Part shown: positions 1-19,689 of the stretch, piece after piece
How the letters are laid out: the number at the start of each line of letters is the position of its first letter
Position numbering within the stretch: the stretch's first letter is position 1
Source: Salpingoeca rosetta
Taxonomy: Eukaryota > Protista > Choanoflagellata
Reading direction: 5' to 3'
NCBI GenBank assembly: GCA_033442325.1
Contig: JAWQFM010000003.1
Location: 1,626,175-1,690,174 of the forward strand
DNA: 64,000 nucleotides
Notes under the pieces: model-generated
Databases searched by the model: none
Told to the model about the DNA's origin: nothing
The model's input: the letters and a program-made list of their open reading frames with translations, nothing else
Translations under genes and position numbers: made by a program

Positions 1-108
<108 letters not shown>

Positions 109-170
109 GCTTGCACCCCGACCCACCACCGATGTCGTCATGTGTGCCTGTTGTGGTTGTGGTTTCAAAG

Positions 171-4247
<4,077 letters not shown>

Positions 4248-4971
4248 ACTTGGCGCCGCTGCGTGTTTTCTGCCCTCCTCTTTGTTGGAAAACACCATTT
4301 TCTGTCACCTGACCGCCGTTTTGCCACATCTTCCTGTGTTTCGGCGACCCTTCCCGCCACAATAAAAAAGCCCCACAACGAACAGCGCCCCCTGGGCACA
4401 ACACACGCACACGTGCCTTCCTCTCCTCCTGCCATTCACACACGCCAAAATCGAAGAAGCAAAAAAACCCAGGTGAGCGAGCCGGCCGCGAGCCAACGCG
4501 CGTGGCAGTGGTGGTGGTGTTGAGTGGCGTGCATGGGGAGAGGGGGGCTGGAGGAGGCGCCAGGGGAGACTCAAAGAGAGAGAGAGAGTGTGTGTGTGTG
4601 TGTGTGTGAGAGTGAGTAAGCCGATGAAGAGACAGGGAGATGAAGGGCATAGCAGTTGCACTGCTGGAGGTGCAGTGGTTTGGTTGTTGGCGTGGGTGTG
4701 TGTATGTTTCAGTGTGTTGCACACAACACACAACATGCAGCGGATGGTGTGTTTGTCGGTGTTTGTCGGTGTGTGTCCTGCACCGCTCGTTAGACAAGGA
4801 GAGGAGTTGGCAGGCATGATTGACACACCACACACCAAACCACAATCACTGCAAGCAACCCATTCAGCCATCACCACAGTTCTTGATTCACCCACTGATC
4901 TGCACCCTGCCTGGGTTCCCGACACATTGTCAGGGTTCGACACACTCGCATCCGCCAACCACACAGCAACC

Positions 4972-6366
4972 ATGGTGAGTTTGAAACATGTGTTTGTTAC
5001 GCGCGCGCGCGCGTGTGTGTGTGCGCGCATGTGTGTTGTCATGTCGGGGTTCTGGGAAGAACCACGGTGTTGATGACGTGATGTTCGTTTTGCCACGTGT
5101 GCTCCTCGTGCGTGTGCGTCTGCTTCTCTGCGCCCCTGCGTGCGTGCGTGCCTGCCCACAACAACAACAACAACAACAACACACACACACACACACACAC
5201 AGACACTCTCTCGTTCTCTCACTCTCCCACTCTCCCTTTTTCATTTCTCCATTGTCTCGTTTCGCTGCTTCCAATCACAACTCATCACTTACGCTTTCGC
5301 CGCTTCCACCTCGTTGCACACCACCACCACCACCACCACCACCATATTGTAACCAACGCAGATGTACAAGGAGCTTATCCAGTCCATGCAGCAGCGCCGC
5401 GCAGTTGCCGCTGCCCCCGCTGAGGAGGCCAAGTGGGATGCCCGCATGGACCACCCCGTGCCCCACACCAACGAGTACTACATGAAGTGCATGATCGGCG
5501 GCATTCTCAGCTGCGGTCTCACCCACACGGCCATCACCCCGCTCGATGTGACCAAGTGCAACATGCAGGTCAACCCCCAGAAGTACCCCAGCCTCTTTGG
5601 TGGCATGCGTACCATCATGGCCGAGGAGGGTGCCGGCGCCCTGATCAAGGGCTGGGCTCCCACCCTCATTGGTTACTCCATGCAGGGCTTCTGCAAGTTT
5701 GGCTTCTACGAGATTTTCAAGGATCTGTACGCCAACATGGTCGGCAAGGAGGCCGCCGAGGAGTACCGCGGCCTGCTCTGGCTCGGTGCCTCCGCCTCTG
5801 CCGAGTTCTTCGCCGACATTGCCCTCTGCCCCATGGAGATGGTCAAGGTCAAGGTCCAGACCTCCCCCGCCGGCACCTTCCCCACTGGCCTCGTCGCCGC
5901 CACCTCCCAGATGTCCAAGCAGTCTGCTGAGACGCGCTTCCCCTTTGGCTCCCTCATCCCTCTCTGGTCCCGTCAGATCCCTTACACCATGGCCAAGTTC
6001 TTCTTCTTCGAGAAGGTCGTGTCCGTCTTCTACACACACGTCTACACACAGCCCCGCGAGTCCTACAGCAAGGCCACCCAGCTCCAGGTTACCTTCATGT
6101 CCGGTTACATTGCCGGTGTCATCTGCGCCATCGTCTCCCACCCTGCCGACACCATGGTCTCGCTCCTTGGCAAGGCTGACAACAAGGGCAAGAGCATTGG
6201 CACCATCGCTTCCGAGTTTGGCTACAGCAACCTTGCCCTCAAGGGCATCGTTCCTCGCATCATCATGATCGGTACCCTCACCGGCCTCCAGTGGTGGATC
6301 TACGATACCTTCAAGACCGCCTTTGGCCTCGGTACCTCTGGTGCCTCTCCTGCCAAGAAGAACTAA
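4972..6366 (+). CDS. SLC25A3: Mitochondrial phosphate carrier (SLC25A3/MIR1 family)
   Basis: ORF 5362-6366 contains GGILSCGLTHTAITPLDVTKC, GWAPTLIGYSMQGFCKFGFYE, ASAEFFADIALCPME.VKV.VQT, PLWSRQIPYTMAKF and IIMIGTLTGLQWWIYD. Strong C-ending codon bias. Probable upstream exon ending in ATG|gtgagt (4972-4974), spliced to cag| at 5361. Confidence 0.96.
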
Positions 6367-6931
6367 GCGGGCTTCTTTGTCGTTGTTGTTCAGCGTTGTG
6401 GTTGTCCTTTTGTTTTGTCTTGTGGCTGTTTTGCTCGTTGTTGCGTGCTTCTTATGGCTCCCTGCCGCCGTCGTTGTCTCTCTACTTCCACTTCGATCTG
6501 TCGTGCCCATGTTTTTGTTTTTGTACTTTGCGTGCACGGCGCGTTTCTGTTGCTTGGGTTCGACACAGTACACCAACTACCATCAGCATCACCGTCACAA
6601 CCGGTCGCCTGAACCCTGCGTGTGCAAGTACCCGCTGTGGGAGCCCCTCCTGGGTTTGTTTCGCTGGCCCGCCAGCCAGCTGCGGCGTTTGACCACAAAC
6701 GGTTCTCGCCTGCACCACACCCCAGCCCCCTCTTGCTGTTCGCCCCCCCCCCCAGGCTGAGTCAAGGTAGACAGAAAAGTCTTTCTGTATTGTGTGGTCT
6801 CACACATTACCACAAACTGAAGCAATGCACAGTAGGAACACAAACAGAACATGTCACATGCATCGGTACACCCAGATGCATGGGCACTTGGGCGGAAAAT
6901 AACAAAGAGATGGAGGGGAGAGAGTGTGTGC

Positions 6932-6962
<31 letters not shown>

Positions 6963-7165
6963 TGTGTGTGGAAACGAGCAAGGGTCACTGAACGGGCTGA
7001 AACACTTGGGTTGAAGTTCCTCCTGAACAACAGTTACACAGACAGAGACAGACAAACAGACAGACAAACAGACATACACAGACACACACATGCACATGCG
7101 CCACACACACATGCACATGCGCTACACACACATGCACATGCGCTACACACACATGCACATGTCCC

Positions 7166-10422
<3,257 letters not shown>

Positions 10423-10485
10423 CCTTTTTGGTCGTTGCTGTGGTCGCGAGAATTTGTGTAAATCATTACCATTTCTCTACATCCA

Positions 10486-10523
<38 letters not shown>

Positions 10524-10528
10524 CGGCG
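10423..10528. promoter_or_regulatory. Putative bidirectional promoter between CEP41 and MRPL32
   Basis: Only 106 bp separate the two divergent predicted start codons. Contains a short (CA)n and the motif TCGCGAGA. Confidence 0.55.
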
Positions 10529-10978
10529 ATGAGCAGCAACGTGGGAGGCTTGGTGCGACAGCACTTGCGGTCACTGCGCAGCGTGGTGGCCAGCTTTTTC
10601 CAGCCACCAACCATGCCTCCACTGGCGCCACAGCTTGCACCATGTGCAGCACCGGGCCTTTCCTTGTGGGGCACTCACCAGGCACAAGACAGTGAGGGCC
10701 TCGTGGCGGAACACAGCAGTGGCGACACCAGCAACCCGCTCTCCGTGTTTGGCACTTCCATCGTCCTCATGGCCGTGCCCAAGCGCCGCACATCACACAG
10801 CAAGAAGCGCATGCGCATGACAACAAAATACCTGAAGAACAAGTCCCACTACCAGAAGTGCAAGCATTGCGGCGAGCTGTGCATGCGCCACCACATTTGC
10901 CCCGGTTGCATCGAGCTCTGGAAGAAGCAGAACCCACAACACAGCTCAGAGTCCCCCAACAACCAGCAAGACTACTAA
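10529..10978 (+). CDS. MRPL32: Mitochondrial ribosomal protein bL32m with long N-terminal presequence, intronless
   Basis: MAVPKRRTSHSKKRMR...CKHCGELCMRHHICPGC is the bL32 signature with a CxxC...CxxC zinc ribbon. It is preceded by ~80 aa starting with an Arg/Ser-rich segment (MSSNVGGLVRQHLRSLRS). Confidence 0.92.
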   Translation: MSSNVGGLVRQHLRSLRSVVASFFQPPTMPPLAPQLAPCAAPGLSLWGTHQAQDSEGLVAEHSSGDTSNPLSVFGTSIVLMAVPKRRTSHSKKRMRMTTKYLKNKSHYQKCKHCGELCMRHHICPGCIELWKKQNPQHSSESPNNQQDY

Positions 10979-11155
10979 ATCCACCAACAACCACAACCCT
11001 ACCCTCGTGTCACTTAGTTTGTTCACACTCACCCTTTCCCTTGCTTCGGCCCCTTGCCATCTTTGTTTGTTCGATTGTGTATGATGTGAGTGCTGGCATA
11101 TGTGTATGGAATTGGTCGGTTTCTGTGAAGATTCCAACACACGTGCCCCGTGTGT

Positions 11156-11259
<104 letters not shown>

Positions 11260-11525
11260 GTTTGTGTTGTTTGTGTGTGTGTGTGTGTGTGTGTGCCGTG
11301 TCGTTTGCTCGGATGGATGTGTCATTTTTCCACCTTGTGCTTGTTGTTGTGTATTGAACTGGCGAGTAAACGTAAGCAACAAACACACAGGGTGTGGGAA
11401 CACCATACGACTAACTGAAGTTGACGTATCCAACAAGGAGGCACCACGAAATGCTCAAACATAACCACACACAACAACCATACACAAGGTTTCTCCCGTC
11501 TTCACTCAAGTTCACTGGCGACTGG

Positions 11526-11622
<97 letters not shown>

Positions 11623-11804
11623 GTGTGTGTGTGTGTGAGGAGTGGAAATTCAGTGGAAGCAACCAGAGAACCGCATTGTGGCGACTTACACAGCAACAAA
11701 AACAAGTACAAGAATAACCACAAGAACAACAACCAAAAGAGTAACTCATCAATCACCGCCGCCACCACTGCCACCACCACTACCACCACCACTGCATCCA
11801 TGCC

Positions 11805-12912
11805 TCACCCCTGTCCGCGGCGCTTGAAGCGACGGCCGTGTCCACGGCGACCGGCCCGGCCACCGCGCCCGCGGCCACGACTCCCGCGCTGGGCCTGATG
11901 CAACACAAAAAGGAGGGAGGCAAGGGGAGGCAAGAAAGTATGGAGAAGGTGGGGTGAGAGATGGTCTGTGACGGAACAAGGGAAGAAAGGAAAGAGGGGG
12001 GCACAGCCATGGCAGCGACACATGGCACACGGTGCTACAGCAACAAGCAGCAGCAGTAGCAGGTAGAGGGCTTGACCCATGCAAAACGATGAGCAATGCG
12101 TCAGTCACCCACCCCGGCCGGTGCAGACGACGGGCGCTGCTGCTGCTCTGGTTGGGGCGTCATCACAATCGGGTTGCGAACTCGGTACGCTGCAGGACAA
12201 GATGAGCAAGCACGCAAGTAGCAGCTCCAGATGAGCACGGAAGTGGGGCAGGGAAGGGGGAGGGCAAGATGTGGCATGTAATCACAACCAAATTGTGCAA
12301 GCTTGTCTTGCACAGAGACGGGCAAACAAACAAACAAACAAACAAACAAACAAACAAACAAACAAACAAACAAACAAACAAACAAACAAACAAACAAACA
12401 ACAAACAAACAAACAAACAAACAAACAAACAAACAAACAAACAAACACGCAAGCAAAGCAAAGCAAACAAACAAACAAACACGCAAGCAAAGCAAAGCAA
12501 ACAAACAAACAAACAAACAAACAGCCATGGTTTGTACTTCTTCCGGTTGTTGCTGGCGTCGCTGGCGTGGCACTGGTTGTCTTGGCAGGTGTGGTGGCGG
12601 CTGCACTCGCCGCTCCATCTGTTGCGTCGTTATCATCATCATCGTCACCGTTGTCGCCATCACCAGCACCCTCCTCACCCTCGCCTTCTTGTGTTGCATC
12701 GTCGCCAGCATCGTCATCATTGTCGTCGCCGTCATCATTGTCACCAGCGGTGCCTGTTGCTGAGGCATCATCATCACCGCCTTCGTCCTCGCCAAAATCA
12801 TGCTGCACATTCAGTAAATACAATCCGCAGCGCACATGCAAGCAGGACGTCAGCTTGTTGAGCACTGGAACAGAGCGTAGCATAAAACCCAAACAAGCAA
12901 GCAAGCAAGCAA

Positions 12913-12999
<87 letters not shown>

Positions 13000-14897
13000 A
13001 TGCACACACCTGCTCTTCAATGTCGAGGACATCTGTGAGTCCCTCCTCAGGCTCTTGCGCTTCTTGTGCGCCTGCCTCACCTTCCTCAGCGGTCTCACCT
13101 TCCTCCATCGCTTCGTCTTCCTCACCAGCACCTTCGTCCTCTTCCTCCTCCATGCCCATCCCTGCTTCCTCCTCCTCCTCCTCGCCGCCTTGCTCCTCGC
13201 CCTCTCCCTCTTCCTCGGGGTAGTCCTGCCCTGCCTCTCCGCCTTCCTCTGTGACGGCGGCACCTTCCGTGTCGTCTTCACCCTCGTCCTCAGGCATACC
13301 AGTCTCCGCCTCCTCTTGGCCACCTGCTTCCTCTTCTTCGTCTTCAGCCACGCCTGCGGCCTCCTCGTCGCCCTCATCCATCGCTTCGCCCGCTTCCTCT
13401 GCTGGCTCCTCGCCCTCTGCCATCTGCGGCTCGGCCTCACCCTCTTCCTCATCCTCCTCTTGCTCAACTGCTTCTCCGTCCGCTGCTGGCGCTGTTTCGT
13501 CCTCTGCGCCTTCTTCCACCACACCCTCGCCCTCCTCCTGTTGCTCCTCACCTGCCGCTGTCTCCTCTTCGCCCTCGTCCTGCTGCTCCTGTTCTTGCTC
13601 GGCAGCACCCGCTGTCGCGGCGTCCTGCTGGTCGTGCAGCGCTCCCTCCATGGCCTCCTCCCCTGCCGCCTCGGCCAGCTCCTCCGCAAGCGACGGCTCG
13701 TGCTCTTCTTCCTCCTCTGCTTCCTCTTCCAGAGCCTCAAGTTCGCCTGCCATCATCGCGCCCTGCTGGTCTTCGCTTTCCTCTTCTTGTTCTTCCTGTT
13801 CCTCCTCCTCCTGCGCAACTGCTGCACCCTCCGCTTCCTCTGTCACCTCCTCCCCTGCCTCCGCAGTTGCCTCTGCTTCCTTCTCCTCCTCGGGCTGGGC
13901 CTGCTCCCCTGTTTCCACCTCTTCCACCTCCTCGAGAGCTGGAGCAGCTGCCTCTGCCGGCTGCTCTGCTTCGCCCTCCTCAGCAGATTCAACCTCCTCC
14001 ACCTCGGGTTCCTCCTCTTGCGCTGCGGGCGCGGCCTCTGGCACGCCCTCGCTCGCCGCCACTTCCTCAACAACAGGCGTGGTCGGCTCGGGCTGCTCCT
14101 CTGCTTCTTCCTCAGCAGCAGCTGGTGGCGCGGCCGACTCCTCCTCTTCCACGGTCACCACGTCCTCGCCCATCTTCACAACCTGGCAATGTGCACACAT
14201 CAAAGTTCACATGAGCAAGTTCAACGGCAAGTACACACATGAAATCACGCAACATACAACACACACACAGCCTACAACATACACACAGCCTACAACACAC
14301 AGACACACAGACACACAGACACACCTCTTCCTCCTCAGCTTGGGGCGAGGGTTGCTTAGCAGCTTGTTCCTTGTGTGCCTCTTCCTTCTTTGACTCTTCC
14401 TCCTTTGCCTTTGCGGCTGCGGCCTTCTCGCGGGCAAGTGCCGCTGCGAGCTTGCTCTTCTTGGCAGCAAGTTCACCCGCGCCCTCTTCCTCAAACGACG
14501 GCATCGCCACGGGCTTTGTGGGCTTGGCCCGTTTTCCTGCTCACGCACATGCACACAATGAGATCAACAGAGTACGTGAGCATGCGTATGTGCAGGTCGT
14601 GAGCATGCGTGTGTGTGTGTGTGTGTCGTGTGCGTGTGTGTGTGTGTGTCGTGAGCGTGCACGTGTATGTGCTTCGTGAGAGGCAAAGTAAATACATGAC
14701 GACAGAGAAAAAGCAGCCAGGACTTGACATAAACTTGCACACGCACACAAACCTTGCTGTGCGCGCTTTGGCATTGGCGTATCAACGTGCACCTCGGAAG
14801 CCTAACAAAACAGACACGCCGCCACGTTAGCTCTTGCACAGACTTGGCTCAAACTACAGGAAAGGCAGGTGACTGTGATAAATCCTACACGCGTGCA

Positions 14898-14928
<31 letters not shown>

Positions 14929-17900
14929 AACGCGCTCCTTGTGTACCTTGCGAACTGGGCGTGGCTGTGCTGCGGCTGCTGTTGTTGGCGTTGGGGCCTG
15001 CTTGAGCTTGGCTTGCTTGGCAGCAACACCACCTGTGCCTGCAGCTGCGCTTGCATCTTCCCCGGTTGATGAGGCGCGGCGCTTCTTCGCAGCTGCTGTG
15101 CCGGCAGCCGGTGTGCCCACCGCCGACGCCTTTGCACTCGCACTCGCACTCGACTTGCGGCGACGCGCAGCAGCAGCAGCAGCGGCGGCACCAGTCGTAG
15201 CAGGGGTGGCGGGCGCCGTTGTTGCCGGTGCCGGTGCCGCTGGCGTTGCTGGCGCTGTGGATGGCGCAGTGCTGGCTGCAAGCTGCTTCTTCAGCTGCTC
15301 CACCTGACGCTGAAGCATCCTGTCGAAACACAACCACACCAAGCAGGCAGCATGGGGGTTGGTGAGCGTACAGAAAAAGCGAGGCAGTGTGCACAGAGGA
15401 TAATTCAAAGCAGCCTTCAAAGCATGCGGGTTACAAATACCACAATGCAGCCAAGTGAAGAACACAACACAACGCACAGCACAGCACAGCACAGACAGCA
15501 CGCAACCGAGCAAGCAAACCTTGCGCGCGTCTCTGCCTTTGCCACTGCCTCCTGGGAGGTCTTGAGCTTCTCCGTCAGCTCCTGCACCTGCGCCTGCGCC
15601 GTGTCTGCCGCCTCCTTAAACTTGGTGCGCTCGCTGGCCAGCGTCTTTGCCTTTGTCGCCAGCTGTCAGACGGGAGTGCGTGCGTGTGCCAATGTGTGTG
15701 TGTGCCAATGTGTGTGTGTGCCAATGTGTGTGTATGTATCATGTGAGAAGCCAATGCAGAGCGTGCGCTGCTTGAAAAACATGTCGACGCAGCGCCTTAC
15801 AGCTGGCTCACAGCACATGTGCGTTCTACGGTACCTGGCTGAATCTGCCACGAAGCTGTGGGGAGAGGAGAGGAGAGGAGAGGAGAGGAGAAGGGAGGGG
15901 ACGAGCAGGGCAATGCGATGTGGTAAGGTGTGGCAAGGAATACGAACACACACACACACAAGCAAGCGCGCGCACACAGACACAGACACATCGACACAGA
16001 CACAGACACATCGACACAGACACACACACAGGTAGACACAAGCAAACGCACACACAGAGACAAGCAAACGCACACACAGAGACAAGCAAACGCACACACA
16101 GAGAGTAAATGTACCTGCTGCCAGCGGGCGCCACTGTCTGCCTCCTTGATGGCGTCGGCCGTGGCCTTGCGAGAGACCTCGAGTTCCTCCCGCGCCTTTG
16201 CAAGGTCGGCCTCAAGTGTCTCCTTGGTCTGCGCCAGCCGCTGCTCTGCGGCCGCAACCTTCGCCTGCAGGGCCTCCTTCTCCTTGGTGTTGGCCTGCTG
16301 CTCCTGGCGGATGCGCCGCGACACCGACTGCAGTCGCCGGAATTGCTCCTGCCGGGCACAGCATGATAAAGAGCACAGGCAGCGGCGAAGACCAGCGCGC
16401 GTGAGTGGGACGACAGTTTGATGCAGAAGAGGAAACGAGCGAGCGCACGAACACGCGGACATGTGCGTGTGCCAGCTGTTCTCGCCATGTTTTTTCACAC
16501 AGGCACGCATGTGTTGCATTTCACACACAAGCAAATTATAGCAGTCAGCAAGGAGACACCATCCAAGGGCCACACCAGGAGCTTGTCGTATTTCTCCTGA
16601 ATGGCCGCTGTCTCAGCCTTGTGCTCTTCCTCTTTCTTCGTCTACAGTGCAAGGAAGGGAGCCAGAAAGGCAGGGTGACATGGTGATGAGTGCGCGCGCT
16701 GACATTCAAGTCGTGGCGTGCGTGCGTGCGTGCGTCAATGTGTGGATCAACAGCATCAGCGCGCAAGGGTGCCGTGATTGTCACCTGCTCGGCCTTGAGG
16801 TCTCTGATTTCTTGCTCGAGAAGAGCACGAGTCGACTCCCACATGGTCTCCTTCTCCTGCAGCGACTTGATTTGCTGTCGAATCATCATGTGCGTGCACC
16901 ACCACACGTGAGGTGAGCGCCAGCCACGAGACTGGGCAACGTACACGTCTCGCGCTACGTGCGTCGACAATGGCGATCGCAGGCAATTAATGAAGAGGGG
17001 CACATGTGCGGCAAGGGCACATGCACTCGCATGTGCGCGTGGGCTCACCTCTGGGTCAACGGAGTTGTACATGTTGAGGATAGCCTGGATACGGCGCTGG
17101 CAGCTGGTGTGCAGAAATCAGGAAAAGGGGGAAGGGAGTCGGCGTTGAGCCACAAGGCAAGGGTACGGAGGATAGCATGCCAACAACAGCAATGAGAAGA
17201 AGAAGCCACAGAAACACAGCACAAATACTCACACATGACACGAAAAAACACACACGTGCCACACGCATGAAACACACAGAGAGGTGAACGCACGTCTGCT
17301 CGGACTTTTCGGCGTTTCGCTTTTCCTCGCGCAGCACGACGGCCTCCCGCTCCAGCTCTTGCACGCGCTTCTGCAGCGGATTGAGGCGGAGCTCGGCCTG
17401 CAGCAGCCTGCACTCATCGCCAGGTGGCGTCGGTTGGTGTGAGTGGTGTTGACAACGGTGCAAACCAAACGCGCGCGTGTGTGCATGTGCATATGCGTGT
17501 GCGTGTGTGCGCGCGTGCGCGTGTGTGTATGTGCGTGTGTTTGTGTATGTGTATGTTTCAAGGGAAGAATGCAAGTAGGAAGGGAGCACACGTCATGCAC
17601 GTACTTCTTCTCCGACTCCTGGCGCTTCTGGTCGGACTCGTTGAGCTGCTCGCGCAGCAACTTGTTGCTGTCCTCCAACAGGTTCAGCTTCTCCACCTAT
17701 GCATCGCACGCACGCCAGCGATCAGCAGTTGCAATAAACGGTTGGCAGCAGAGCAGCAGCAACAGTGGCTTGGAAAAATCAGTTCACAAGCAGAGCACCC
17801 GAACCAAGCATTTCCGCACACACACACACACGCACACACACCTTCTCCATGAGCTCGCGGTGCTGTGCTGCGGTGAGAGCTTGTTCGTTGCTGCGCTCGC

Positions 17901-19638
17901 GCTGTGCATTCAGCTGCTCCCTGGTCTGTGCCAGCTGCTTCTGCAGGTGCCCAATCTGCTGCGTGAGGCGGTTGATCTCGAGCTTCAGCTGCTCGCACTC
18001 TGTCTCGAAGATCTCCGCGCGGTTGCGGTGGTGCCGCACAATGTCCCACAGCTCCTGCGATGAAGCAGAGTCGCCCGACGCAGACGCAGCCTCCTCCTTA
18101 CCGGCAATCTGTTCACAACCCCACACCAGCGCATGCATGTGTGTACGTGTGTACGTGCACGTGTGTGTGTGCACGTGTGTGTGTGCACGTGTGTGTGTGT
18201 GTTGGGCAATGATGGACGTTTCATGTGATTGATTGGCAGCATCAGTTGTGAGTTTGTGAGTTCTCGCGCGCGTGCGCGTGTATGTGTTGGTAAAGTGTTG
18301 ATGGGACACAAACTCAAGTGGAAGGTTACGGCGCACTCGCACTCGCACTCGCACTCGCGTGTCTAGTCCACGGGGGCGAGAAGCAAGCGCACCGAGTCAT
18401 CGGCGCTGAGGCGGGAGTGCTGGAGGGACGTGAGCTTGGCGTTCATCTCGTCAATGTGCGAGTGGAGCGTCTTGTTCTGCGCCTCCGTGTCCTGCAGGCG
18501 CGTTGTCAAGCGCTCAATGTCCTCAGCTGTGGGCGTAAGCAGTGAGAAGGCATGGTTAGGAAAACAAGAAGGCATGATCTGGCGCAAAGCACACGAGCGC
18601 GCAACAATTGGCGCCAAATAGCCGTTGGCACAGGGCAGGAGGCAAGTACGGAACACGTACTCAAGTGCTTGCGCTGCTCCTCAAGGGCGGCCTTTGCAGT
18701 CGCGGCCTCACCCTTGGCCGTTTCAAGCTCAGCCTTGACATTGGCATGCTACTCGAGCAGACAGGGACAACGAACAGCCCAAGTCAAAACGAGATGAGCA
18801 TTTGGGAATGACAGCAGAATAAAGGCACAAGAGAGCATAAACAACCCGCACAGATCCCTACAGACATGCACACACCTGCTGCTGTGTTTCCTCGAGCTGG
18901 GCACGGACGCGGCGAAGCTCGTCCACATCCTTTGCATGGTTGAGCATCTCCACCTCGTACTTTTGCGATGCTTCCTTGAGCAGCCTGAGGGAGGCATGTC
19001 ATCAAACAAGGGCATGTGTAAGGCATGGAGAAGTGGCAACCAACACGAGCAACGAGAACAACCATCATACCTACCAACCGCGACCAACAGCAATGAACAA
19101 GTGTGTCTGTGCGTGCGTGTGTGTGTGTGTGTGTGTGTGTCTGTGTGCAAACACGTACTCTTGCTGTTTCTTTGAGTGAGCGACGGCCTCAGCCTCGTGG
19201 CTGCGGGCGTCTGCCTCGGCCTTCTCTGCCGCTGCAAGCTTGGCCTCAGCCTCAGACAGCTTGAGCGTGCTCTCCTTGCGCGCAGTGAGCAGGTCCTGTT
19301 CAACCTGCTCCAGCTTCTCATGCAGCTCTGCATTGCGCCTTTCATGCTCCTCAATCTGTGTCACATCGCACGCGCAACAAAGGCGTAAGGTGTAACTGGT
19401 GTCGTGGGAACGACAACAGCTGCACATCTTGCTACAGAAAAACAAATGAGTATGCTGAGCAATGACATGCGGCACGCAGTGGCGGTGTTCGTGTTTACCT
19501 CGGCCTGCAGTGTCTTGACGTCGGCCTCATATTTCGTTTGGCGGGCAGTCATCTGCACGCACGTTTACATTTTCATGGGTGAGTGCATGGAACGTACAAT
19601 TCGAGGGGAGATGGCATGAGCGACATGGTCATATGCAT

Positions 19639-19689
<51 letters not shown>

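Noticed and set aside
5275-6576. 433-aa minus-strand ORF
   Set aside because: Antisense shadow of the strongly codon-biased phosphate carrier; no recognisable motifs.
13055-14393. Ser-rich and Leu-rich plus-strand ORFs (380-395 aa)
   Set aside because: Antisense frames of the Glu-rich TPR exon.
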